A stretch of 64,000 nt of DNA from Sphaerodactylus townsendi (taxonomy: Eukaryota): NCBI RefSeq assembly GCF_021028975.2, contig NC_059433.1, forward strand, positions 28,520,001 through 28,584,000, given 5' to 3'. Shown here in pieces: positions 37,583 to 49,575 of this stretch; position 1 is the first letter of the stretch, and each line of letters begins with the position of its first letter. Position numbers and translations under genes: made by a program. The notes beneath the pieces were generated by a model that ran no database searches, was not told the origin of the DNA, and saw nothing but the letters and a program-made list of their open reading frames with translations.

Positions 37583-40500
37583 TTGTCAATGTTTACATCA
37601 CAGGACTTTTCGAATCACAAAAGGTTCTGGCAAAGGAAATTTCGTACTCCAGTGTGGAAGACAGAGTTTGCCAGCTGAAGTGACTGCAGTCAGATTGTGC
37701 TCTGCATCGCCTCTGAAATATAGACTTTAAGCCTAGGCTTCATGAATAGTTCTAGAATTAGAATAGTTCTAGAATTAGACCATTTCAGTCTTTTCCACAA
37801 GATAGGCTGAAACTCATGAAAAGTAGTGGTTTCAGGGTATGTCAGCAATAGAAGCACAAACTCTTTAAAAAAAAAAAACAGAATGGCATCCCACACAGAC
37901 ATCTGACTGTTGCAGTGTTGTTGGGGTAGCGTGTCACAATTTCAGATCTCAGTAAAGAGTTTAGTAAGCTGAGTGAAGTGGGAAGATTATCTGCAAGAGC
38001 TGCATATAGTCAAGAATGAACTGAGAAAAGCAGGATGGTAATTTCACCTTTCATACGAAACGTATCTGCATACTTACACCGTTTTGAAACTCAAAGCAGA
38101 CTCTTGCTCCGTGTATGCAAGAAAGAAAGGGTGAGGGTGAAAACCAATGATTTTAGTGGATCTTTACACTTGAGAAACGGTAGAATCTCATGCCAGTTTA
38201 CAGGTTGATAGACATGACCAAGCTGCTGCAGAATGAGAGATCACCCATAGACGATCAGTCTTTAGTTTGTTACTTACCTTGTAAATAAGGAGCGTTCGCT
38301 ATACTGTAATTGCAGAAATACTGCTTCATACCCAACTCATTTCAGTGACATGGGTTGTAGCAAAAAGAACAGCTTGTATACCCTGTTCAGGATAAAGATG
38401 AAAGTTTGATGGTAGATCAGTCCGCCACCTCTTCCTGGAACAGAATGCTCCACTGTGGTCCTAGCGCCTACCTTGTTTGAGGTCTACCTTAATGTCTCAC
38501 TGACCTTGTGTATGTGAAAGCACCTTTTGCATAAAGTAATTATTTTACTTTTTGGCAAGTGTCTGAATTCTCTTGAGGTTTATTCTCTTCTTGCAAGCAG
38601 TGGCTATTTTTGCCAGCCTCCAGTGGCTATTTTTGCCAGCCTCCAGAGTGGCTGGGGAAGCCCCAAATCGCCCAGAGCAGCGTCGATTGAGCCCCGAAAT
38701 GGAACAGAACAGCATTCCTGCCTTCAGGCAATAATTGTGGGGATCGATTTGAAACCCCTGCTTCTGCCGCTTTGGCCATTTTCATCACCATTTCTCCTGC
38801 TATTGCTCCGTTGGCCATTTTCTATATGGAGGGGACTGTTTCCAAGTGAAAAGAGGTAAGTTTTCACCAATACTCGTTTATGGCAATAAACACTCTTAAT
38901 AAGTTTAATAGTGCCAAAAGGTATTTTTATGGAAAGCTGCACATAGAAATGCCTTTCATGCTTATTTAGATTCAGCACCATTTTTTCTGGCGGAAGCAGC
39001 CTCCTGTCACTTCTTGTGCACAATGCAGGACTGCACTCTCACCTTTATCCTGAACAGGGTTTAGTAATGGGGAGAAACATTATAGGGAATGCACAGAATC
39101 AAAAAGGCGGGATCTTCAATTGATTTCAAAACATACAATCTGGTGTTAAGTGGGCATTAACAATAAAACTTTCAGTAATTGGAATGAGGACTGACTACAT
39201 CCTAACTCCCATTTCTTGAGCATATTTATCTGAAGCATCACTTTCAACTAAAAGCTTGAATGAAATGAACACAGCACTGACTATATATAGGTTATTAGAG
39301 TACACTTATATTTTGTTCATAAAGTACAATTTTCACTAATTAGAAGTTGTATTTGCAGGTGCTAATTAACCTCATTTTAAATCTTCCTGCTATAACATTC
39401 TCTGATATAACATACCATGTGTGTTTTATGACAGGTAGTGTATTTTGAATAGCTACCATCACTATGCATGCCCACATCCATAAATGTAAACTTATTTTAT
39501 TGTTACTAGCATGACTGGCAGTGTGCAGTTAAAAGAAAGACATAGTAAAATCATGATCTCAGTTTTTTTTGTTTCAATCAGTGGTTTATATTATGTACGT
39601 TATCTCTTTATTTTGACATTATTGCAAACCACTTTTCTAAAGTGAAAGTATTCTAAATAAAATCATCTTTATAAATAAGCATTGCAGTCACTGTTCACCT
39701 AATTTGTTTATTTCCAATTTTTTTCCAATTTCAAACAAAAGCTAAATACAGATTTTAAACAGATAAGCACTAATTTTACCCAGAGGGAGTAGGCTTATAC
39801 AGATTTACTTCAGTAAATTACTCAATCCTTAAGCAAAGCATTCTTTGCCAAAACTATACAGTAGTCTTCTTTATGTTCATTGCACAATCTTTAACAAAAT
39901 ATGTTGCCAAAACCAATTTTGACACTCCAAACAATATTTTACAATTAAATCCACAACTGCTTTAGAGTATCTTACTCCACCCCTCCCCCACCCAAAGAAC
40001 CTCAAGAGGGTTTTCCATAAGAAATGTTTTGGAAACCAGTATTTCCTATACAGTTCACCAGCAAGTTTACAAGTCAACTTTCAGGGAAAAATCCTCTTCC
40101 AACACAGTTTCTGCAGCTGCTATTTTAAATGTAGCTGCTTTAGGCTACTTCAGACTCCAGGTCTGTAAAAATGTATTCAACTCAACAGAACACTCGACAT
40201 TTAGTTATACAGCAAACTGGGGAAAGAGATCCAAAATGAGAATGCCAGTAAACTCAAACATGGCCAAGCAAAATAAAAGAGGCAGTTAACGCCTACACCA
40301 AATGAGATGCTTTTTTTCCACATAAGATTTCTCTCCCATGTTTAGCCTCCTACTGCAACAGCCATAGAACTATTAATCAGAATGAATCTGACAGAGCTCT
40401 GAGACAATCATGTTAACAGCAAAGCTACAAGGCTTTTGCACCATTATGTTCACTTCTCACCCTATGAATACTGATACTGGGGGGGCATGACCAGCACAAA

Positions 40501-40835
40501 TGGGAAACTCCACCATAAATGATCACTTTGTGCTCTCAGAGACATTCCTTTCAGTGTATAACAGTCCATTTCACATTTTGGTAGGATGCTCACGCAATGC
40601 AGAAATATGCAGAGCATTCTCTTTCACAAAGTCCATGCAGAAAACATCTAAAAAAAATTTAAAGTTCTGAGATACAAATGATAGAAAGAAAATAATCCAG
40701 GATGATCAAGTTCCACGATGGAGAGTGTTCTGAACATGTGTCCGTTTTCTTCTATTCCGAAAGAACAAATGGCGAGAAAAGTGAAAACTGCACTCCTGCA
40801 TTCTGTGAATCTTCCCCATTTTGCTGGCCAGTACC

Positions 40836-40961
40836 CTATTCTGGCATGTAAGGACGGAGGTGGTCCTCTATGGTACCAACCGCCCAGTGGGTGAGCTGCT
40901 CCTGTGGCAGGTACAGGCAGATGCTGCATAACTTGAAGATTGTAGCTTTGTTTTTTGGAGT
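40836..40961 (-). CDS. C6orf62: C6orf62 homolog exon 5 (last coding exon)
   Basis: ctttccag|ACTCCA...GAATAG. Encodes [41 protein letters not shown]. Confidence 0.97.
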
Positions 40962-41492
40962 CTGGAAAGAAACACAAAAAATCTGTTTTAGAATCACGTT
41001 GCTTTACATCACAGGTGTCCAACTCTGGCGCTTCAGATGTTCACGGACTACAATTCCCATCAGCCCCTGCTGGCATGGCCTAAAGGACTCTGCCAACATT
41101 AATCACAGCCAAGATTTAACACTCTATAGAACTGGCTGAATACATAACTTTCTCAGCATCTACTGCTTTTTCTGAATGTGTACATAAGGACTTCTTAAGT
41201 TCCAGGCGAGCATCTCTGTAAATGACAATGCTGGTGATACACACATGCGAATGAATCCCTACTCTTCAATTCTATATCTAACAGGGATAAAACTGATCAA
41301 AATGTTTTCCTTGCAGTTACATAAAGCAAAAACGCTCACACTACTTGTCACCATATCCTATATTATCTGTGCCTGATACACGCCACGGCAAATGGCTTTG
41401 TACCTGTTGGAACTTAAGTCAAACGTAAAAGACAATGGAGTCAGTTTCAGCTAAACTGAGTGTTGGTTATTCACTGGAATAAGCCTTTTTAC

Positions 41493-41627
41493 CTGCAAGT
41501 GCTGTCTGTCAATGAAGAGAAACACTGACTGGTTAGGATTGTTGATAACAATTCCAGTCTTGTCCTTTCGGCTCAGTACATGCAGAAACTGTTTTTCATA
41601 GTCACCATGATGAAATTCAAACCTGGC
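41493..41627 (-). CDS. C6orf62: C6orf62 homolog exon 4
   Basis: cgtacag|GCCAGG...TTGCAG|gtaaaa. Encodes [45 protein letters not shown]. Confidence 0.97.
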
Positions 41628-42391
41628 CTGTACGAAGAAAATCACTTTTAAAAAAGGAGATATAAAAATCAACTCAAACTTTAAGGATTTTCCAGATTAA
41701 CTACATTCACTTATAATACAGATATCAGATCAAAATAACAGCCGCTGAAGAAACGTCAAACTTTATGGGATGTTCCTGTGAATGAATCTTCCTGCCCCTC
41801 CAATTCTACCAGAATGGGTAGGATCAAAAGAACCATAAGGAGAAGAAAAATAGCCATGAATATTCTTGTATGCTAAAGACAAACTAATGAACTGCTACAA
41901 TGGTGGTTCTTATGCTGCTATTTGCACCTGCTGTCCAGCTGGCACAAGTAATGTTCTGTCATGCAATGTTCTACCATAGAGTGTAAAACAGTCCTTCTAT
42001 GACCACAATAAATTTTACATATGGAAGGGCACCTCAGAATCCAAACCAGCAATCAACACTCATTTTTTTTTATTAAGGAACTGATTCTAGTGTATATTCA
42101 AACTACTGCACATTACTGATTCAAAACAGCTTTAGACAACCAGTTTGCCACATGGATTAAACGCCCTACATTGAAGGGCAGCATTAATAAATTCCACCCC
42201 ATCATCACCTTAATATGAAATGTCTTTGCATGTATGTTCAATGACAATATCTTGACTTATATTTATATTAAATGGAAAAAAGGGGGAAGGGAATCAGAAT
42301 AATTCAAAACTTAAGTTATGATCAATAGAAGAAAAGATCTTAGTTTAGTCGCTTATTCAGGATTGCTTATTGTCCCACACATACATCATAC

Positions 42392-42517
42392 CTGAACAGG
42401 CCTAAAGGGCTCGTCATCAGATCCCTTCCACCGAGAAAAAAGAAGACAGACTATCTTCTCAATATCATTCCGAGGCCAAAGTATGAAGTCCATCTCCTGT
42501 GTACAGCCAATCACATC
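42392..42517 (-). CDS. C6orf62: C6orf62 homolog exon 3
   Basis: ccttacag|GATGTG...GTTCAG|gtatga. Encodes [42 protein letters not shown]. Confidence 0.97.
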
Positions 42518-43441
42518 CTGTAAGGAAGGAAACATTTCAGTTGCTGTAATATGATCATTTTCAACAATATGAGAATACATACTTACTGACTACTAAAAAG
42601 CAGCAATAGCCATATTACAAACAGCTTATACAACCTTCACAAAAGAACAACAGCATACAGCCTTCCTCTCACCAAAAATCCACCGGGCCAGACCTAAAGA
42701 TGCACCCCTTATTTATATTGTCTATTCAACTCTTTCAATTTCAGAATAAAGTTCCACAACACAACACTTTTATGACTAAGACTTACACTATAGGCAATAT
42801 ACCCTATTATTTTACTTCATCACAGTGATGCATCCCAGATTTAAATATACACCCCACACCACACATTTCCCTCTCAAATAAAATTTTATCTTCTTGATGT
42901 TTCAGATGCTCAGTAACAGGGTTTCAAAGAGTGTGTTGTTTTATCATGTTTACATTATTATGCCATTTTATGTCAGTAAAAAGCATTACCGAATGGATGT
43001 TTGCTTTCATCTGAAACATTCAAACCAAATGTTCATGTTCATTAAGGTATTTTTGCCTAAATAACCAACCCCATAGTATGAACTAGAACTTAACTGGAAT
43101 TGGTTTCTTTCAGAAAACCAGAACAAAAATACGTAGATATTAAGAGGTCTTTTTTTAACTTATACCACAATTACAATAACCACCCTTAATGTTTTATCAA
43201 GCTGGTATATATTAAAGATCAGTGTCACAAGATAGTTCTTTTTTTAAATTGTCCTTTTTAGAAGCACAACCCAAGGTTTCAAAAATGGGTTATCTTTGCT
43301 AAGCTTCCCTGCAAACCCTTGATAAATTAGATTAATTCTAAGAACATTTTGCAATACGGTGAAAGTCTAGTTCTTCCATATAAAGTAAAGAACGAACTAT
43401 TCCAACAGGAAACCAAATGAATAAAAAGGAGTTCTTTTTAC

Positions 43442-43618
43442 CCTGCGCATAGACTGATAGCGAGGTGCATGGAGCTGTACTACATCCTTTTGAAGAAGCT
43501 CTATGGAACTTTCCAAGGAATAGCTGGAATCCCGCACACCTTTCAGGATATTTTCTTCATAATTATTGGTCATGACTGGTATCACTTCAGACACTTCAAA
43601 AAGCGCTGACTTTTTCCT
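43442..43618 (-). CDS. C6orf62: C6orf62 homolog exon 2
   Basis: gggtag|AGGAAA...CGCAGG|gtaaaa. Encodes [38 protein letters not shown]...PRYQSMRR. Confidence 0.97.
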
Positions 43619-44171
43619 CTACCCAAAGAAAAGCAAGTAAAGTAAGCAGACAAGTTTCACAAAACTGCCAGATGATCTGCAGCTGCAATGCTTAACATTT
43701 TGAACACTGTAAGTCTGAACATAACTCATTTTCCATACGAGAACCGAAGGACTCCCAGAATTGAATTTAGAGACACATCAAGCTAAATCACAGAGGAATA
43801 ACTTTTCAATTCTATTGACTTCAATTGGAAATCCTTCTATTAAGTGCCATTAAGTCAACCAGAAAAAGGAGTGAACTTTTCTTTAAATTCAATTTGGGAT
43901 ATGCCTGGATATGTATTCAGCTACAATACATTACGCAGCACATTATACATACATTTACTCATAAATATCTAAACAAAGAGGCAACTAAACGGTGTTATAA
44001 GGAGACTGCTACTAAACTAGATTTGAGAAGTCACTATTAAAAACATCAACAAAATTAAATTTTCAGAATTGGGTTTTATGTGTGTGTGTTTTGGCCCAGA
44101 TCCCTGCAGAATGCTAATGAAGACAGTTAAGGCACAACACAAAAATCACGCAGAATAAGAAATGAGATTAC

Positions 44172-44300
44172 CTTGTCTTTGAATACAAAGGCAATGTACA
44201 TCTTGAAATCAAACTGGTCAGCTAGAGATTCTTTTTTCTTTTTAAGCTGAGCACGAAGTCTGTTCAGAGCTTGTTTCTTCCGGGAGTTTGGGTCCCCCAT
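44172..44300 (-). CDS. C6orf62: C6orf62 homolog first coding exon (full CDS 693 nt, 230 aa)
   Basis: [43 protein letters not shown]|gtaatc. Confidence 0.97.
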
Positions 44301-45149
44301 TTTGTAATACAGATGGTACTACAGCCTTTGGAAACTGTCACTAAACTATGGGCCCTTTTTTTTTTCACAAGACTCGAGTACAACAGAAACAAGTCATTTT
44401 ATTCCTGCTAATACCACTGAATCAATAAAACACGGGTGTAACCCAAAAGATACACCTCAGGCAACTGTTTTATGAGACTGTCTTATTAGAGGGGGTCATA
44501 AAACAAACTAAGTAGTCCAGCCATGGTTGGACAAGGAGACCTTGCACAGTATTCTCAAAAACCCAAACAAATTTGTTATACACAGTTTAAACCACAGGAA
44601 TAAGTGGGCAAAAATGGGAAAAAAATCTTATCACAATTTGTGTGTATAACAAAAAACAATACTGGGTACAGACCCAATCCATTTGGGCATGGGTGTGGTT
44701 TTTTTTTGCCCCAACAAAAATCCCAAAACAAAAACAAATTAAAGACAGCGTTCTACCCCGCCCAGATTCATGACTCTGATTATTCTCAAGATTTTTGTTT
44801 TGCTCTATTGCTATACCGCCTGGCTTTTATTTTTAAGAATTCTCACACTTGGTAGAAAGCAAAGGAGGGAGTGCGGAAGAGGAGCGGATGTCCTGGGAGG
44901 TAACAAGTTTCCCTACCAACAACAAAATCATCAACCACAGACAACAGGGTGCTGGTTCGCAGAGGAGCAGGGAGTTTGGAAAACAGCGGAGTCATTTCTA
45001 ACTTCATCCTGCTGGTAGTCAGGCACAAGGTCGCCCTGAGGCTGTGTCTGTTGGCGAGAAGACGGATCATGATGGCCATTAAGAAGGGAGGGGGAAGCCA
45101 AGGGGCAGTCTCTGGCAGAAAGGCTGTGAGCCCGAGGTGACCTCTCGAT

Positions 45150-46480
45150 CTAGCACTCCCCTAGCAGGGAGGGAGACCTACATCCCCCAGTTGCCTTCCT
45201 GCCCTCCAGCTGTGCACCGAAAGGGCGGAAATCCTTGTCCTCCCTCCGCCGTCCGGCCCCACCAGGAGCGCGGTTTAACTGGGGCTGGCCATGGCTGAAG
45301 CGACCGGCTTGTGGGGGGAGGGGGCTCTTCCTTGCTCAAGCCTCGGAAGAGGCGGGCCTGGGCGCAGCGCGGGAGGGGGGCGGCGGGGGACACTCGGTCG
45401 ACAGTCCGGAATTCACGATTTGGCGCTCATGGTGAAGAAAAAGTTGGGAGGATTTTCCCGATTAAATTAAAAAAACCCGAAAGAAACGCCAAATAAAATT
45501 TATTTTTTAGGGGAGGAGTCGACAAATTTGCAAAAAAAAAAGGTTGACAAGTTTGCAAAAGTTTTCCTTTTTGCAAAGTTGACTAGCTCGGTTTTTTGGG
45601 GGGGAAAACTGGGCAGGCCCGTCGGATTACCAAACGGACACGAACAAGCCCCGGTGGATCCGCCTCTCCCCTCGCGCGGTCGTCTGGCTCGGGCGCAGTT
45701 GTTTCCGCCCTCGCCCTCCCTTCTGCAAGCAGCAGCGACTCCCCTCCCCGCGCTTTCCGCTCAGGCGGCGGCCGGGAGACGGACGTGGGGCGCGGCAACT
45801 GGCTCGCTACCCGCAGCCGGCGGGCGCGGGCGGAGCAGTGGCGGCGGCGTTGGCGGCGCTGGTGGCGGCTCGGGCAGGGGCCATGTCAAGAGAAGGCCAC
45901 CAAGAGGCCGCCCAGCTCCCCCATCCCCGCTGCGCTGCTCACGACGACCGGGCCGCCCGCTCTGCCGCTGCTCAGCCCCAGCAGCCTGGTCCCCATCGCC
46001 TACGCTCGGCGCCCCGGAGGTGGCCAAATGGCGGCGGCGGCGGAGGGAGGAGGAGGAGGAAGAGAAGAGGCAGCAGCGCCGAGGCCGAGCCGGGCGGTCC
46101 CTACGATACAGGCGCCGCTCGCGAAGGAAGGAAGGAAGGGCAGGAGGCGAGAGAGCGACCGCGGCCCCCCTCCCGTCCCCTCAGGCGGAAGCAGAACCGA
46201 CGACGACGAGTCTCTCAGGCCGGACGACGCGGAACGAAGCGCAGCAGCAGCGGCCCGAGCGAAAACCCCCCTCAAAATGGCTGCCGACGCCGCGCCTGAG
46301 TCACACACGCATACCGGCTCCGCCCCTGACCTCGTGCGCAAGCGCGTTGGCGCCGGCTGTACCATCTATACTTTAAAGCGGGGGGAATAGGGAGGGAAAG
46401 AAATGTTGTGTGTGGCGGGGAGAGAGATATTGAAGTGCCCCGACGTACTTTATGACGGGCGCGTAAATATTTCACGCTGC
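45150..46480. promoter_or_regulatory. CpG island / C6orf62 promoter
   Basis: Very CpG-rich. YY1 motifs caaatggcggc 46025-46035 and caaaatggctgcc 46273-46285; GC boxes. Confidence 0.85.
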
Positions 46481-47092
46481 GCTGCATGAGGCACCACTGA
46501 GGCTCTTTAAAGCTCATTCCGCACAGCATATTTATATGTACGGAAGTTTGTCTTGTTTTTGCTCCGTGCTGTTTTCTGCCGAGAAAGTGCGCCGTAAGGG
46601 ACCGCCGCCTTGCAGCGCAAAGTTATGCAAGTTAAGCGCGCCCTCCTTTGTGGCTCGCGGCTGGTTTCGTATGTTTGTTTTCTAAGCCGCTGAACTGTGG
46701 TTTTACTTACGGAAATATATTTTTGCAACGGTCACTTACTGCGGTGCTATTGCGTGAGTCGCTTCGGATCTTAATTCCACACAGCGTATTTATAAGGAGT
46801 TGCAATAGTTACAAATGTGCAGTGTGGAATCACGCTATTGTTATACGCATGGAAAGGGTGAGCGAGGATTTTAAATAGATAGAGGGAGGGACTCTGCAGT
46901 GAATTTTGCTTTTGAAACACCCCGTTTCTATGCTCATAATGATGGGAAGGAGACAAAGGTCGATCCACCCAAGGTTGTTAAAGGGTATTTACGCCCATTA
47001 TGATGCCAAATGGTTTTCTTGAGATAAGAAGTCCAAAATAAGGGCTGTTCTCTGCTCCCGAGCTCTTTTGATTTTTGTCGGCCTTGACACTT

Positions 47093-47202
47093 AGGCTCCT
47101 TCTGCACATGCAGAATAATGCACTTTCAACATTGTTTGCAAGTGGATTTTGCTATTCCACACAGTAAAATCCAGCTGCAAAGTGGATTGAAACTGCATTA
47201 TT
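47093..47202. mobile_element. Truncated palindromic MITE
   Basis: Internal inverted repeat aataatgcactttcaa ... ttgaaactgcattatt; starts ggctccttctgcac. Confidence 0.55.
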
Positions 47203-47619
47203 TTGACAGGGTCGCGCCTACCCTCTTGCTTGCCAGTTAATTTAAAGACTGAAAAGACCCTTTCGACCCAGGGCTGGGAAGTCAGAAGCCGCTTTTGGGT
47301 TTTTCTTTTGCCTGCCCCTGCCAAATAGTTGTGGGCCACGACACAGTGTATTCAAAACAAATTGCAAAGAGTTAGGTGGTTCTTTTATTTGCTGCAAACA
47401 ATGACCATTAAAATATCTTGCGACACCTCTATGCCTGGTAAGACTTCACCTTCGTGCACTGAAAGACAAAGGGCGTCATTCCAAGCAGCTTTGAGAAGCC
47501 CGTGCTGGAAAAACCACCAGTCTTGAAAGCTGTCACGACGCTCGTCCAGTGTGTTGGCCACACCAAGTGGCTACCTCACAGTAAGCCATTTAATGTTGCA
47601 CTTTCCCACAGCCCACAAC

Positions 47620-48070
47620 TGCTCGGAGGAAGACCCAAGCAGCTGTGCAGCCCTCGCCTTCTTTGCCACCTCCGCACAGGCTGCACCCGCCGCGGCTCCC
47701 CCCTCCCCCCCTTTTCCTTATCTATCCGAAGAAAGCGCCAGATAGGCGCTCGACCGAAAGAATTGCGCATGCGTCTGTTCCAAACATTCGAGCGGAAGAA
47801 TGCCGATTTCTGCCCAGAAACAGGCTGGAGGTTCCAGCCCTGCCTCCTGCCCTGACGCAATTATCTCCGCCCCTCTCTGACGTCACCGCTCCCCGGGCGT
47901 GGACCCATTGGGGAACTGAGCGCGCGTGTGCTGGGTACGCTGCTTTACACGCGTCCTCCAGAAACCGGCAAAGGCGGTCGACCTCGAGTGGGTTATTTCA
48001 CAGTTCAGCTGCGCTCTGTGCAGTTTGCTCAGGAGCGCGTTTGCATTCGAGTGAAACAAGCACAGGGTAA
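47620..48070. promoter_or_regulatory. Orphan CpG-rich promoter-like element
   Basis: NRF1 tgcgcatgcg 47764-47773, TGACGCAA 47853-47860, GC box 47867-47872, full CRE TGACGTCA 47878-47885, attgg at about 47906. Confidence 0.6.
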
Positions 48071-48480
48071 CTTGGGCTGTCATCGCAAAAGCAATAGTGA
48101 AGACTTGTCTGTTCAGCCCTCTTGCCGGGCACTAACCTCACATCTCCAGGAATTTATCAAGCTGGAGTTGGTAACCCGGCTTGCATGCTAAGACCTCATA
48201 GACAGTTGTCATCTGCAAATAGTGTGCATGCACTCAGATCAACTGCAAAACGCATTGAGTGTAATTACCTCCCTACTTGATCAACGTAATTTCCAAATTT
48301 TAAAGACACAAAACAATAATAAAAGCATAATCTAAACGAAAACATATAAAACCACATTCATATCCATTGTGAAGAATTCTTGATTTTGCTAACATTTTAT
48401 GCCTACAGAATAGGAACAACATCTACTACTACAAGCAGTACACGGAAAAACCTGATAATACTTCTACATTAATGTTACAT

Positions 48481-48493
48481 TGCCCTCTAGTGG
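48481..48493 (-). promoter_or_regulatory. CTCF motif
   Basis: Minus strand reads ccactagagggca, a CTCF core. Confidence 0.55.
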
Positions 48494-49485
48494 AAAGAAC
48501 GGACTACCAGCCAGTGCCCTTATAAAAATGATCCCATTGACCATTCCAACTTTCTGCCATTCTGATCCCTTTATAAAAATGCTCTTCTGAACATTTCTTT
48601 TTGGCACATTTTACAAAAGGATAGAAGGGTGGTGGTTGTTATTTCACTGCAGCTCTAATAAGGGTTTAATACTGTGTTCATATTCCATAAAGTAACATCA
48701 CAAATCTGTGCATGGTGCATGTTTCCAACTTTAGCCACCCAGCCAGCTGATTTGTGCTACCTGTGCTTGCTCATAGGCACATATACATGCACAGACCATT
48801 TTAGTCTGTGGCTTAAATACACGAAAAGGACACAGATATTCCTCTGAGATCATTACAATGCATATAGACCCAGGGTTTTGTTTTCAACAATCCCAACGTG
48901 GAAGAAGATCCTCTCTAGTCTCAACCACATAACAAACCAGAGGAGAACATGTGCTACATCATTGTGTAGCCAACCAGACTGTCAATGTCCTTAAAGGAAA
49001 GAGAATGTACACTGGACAAGAAAGAAGAGACGGGCATAGAACAGCGGATTCAGCCTTGTCTATGTACATTTCTCCCTCCCTTTTTGCTGGATGTAGGAAA
49101 TAACAAAACCCATCCTTTCCAGTTCAAGAAGTGCTTTGCTCTGACAAACCACAAAGTCAACGTTTACAAAGCTAAGTACTCACAATTCTGCAGTCATGTG
49201 CTAGATTCTAGGTCTGATAATTTCAGATTTGTTTTATTGTCATTTCACTTTCTACGTGAACATAGCCCTGGCTGAATTCACAAGCTGGGTTTTTTTTCCT
49301 CTGCTGTTATTTTTGTTTTAGTTTAGTTTTTTTCAGTGAAAAAGGAGTGCTAGTACTATGTCCTGGAGACAGGGACTGCTCAATGGTAAATGTTCCTCCC
49401 CCATCATGCAACATTTGCAGTGCAGCTAACACAGAATGAAAATTCTACTTCAGCTCCCCCACCCCATTCTTCTGCAGTCATTAGC

Positions 49486-49575
49486 GCAGTCCTGTGCATT
49501 ACTTCTGTCTGCACAGTGCAGTCCTGTGCATTACTTCTGTCTGCACAGTGCAGTCCTATGCATTACTTCTGTCTG
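49486..49575. repeat. 32-bp minisatellite, about 2.8 copies
   Basis: Unit gcagtcctgtgcattacttctgtctgcacagt. Confidence 0.9.

Noticed and set aside
38728-38856. Plus-strand exon-like segment (ttcag|...GAG|gtaagt)
   Set aside because: No recognisable protein in any frame and no partner exons; looks like decayed repeat sequence.
45528-46390. Long overlapping ORFs (282, 264 and 153 aa) upstream of C6orf62
   Set aside because: Low-complexity Arg/Gly/Pro/Ala translations in several frames of a CpG island; stop-codon scarcity explains them.
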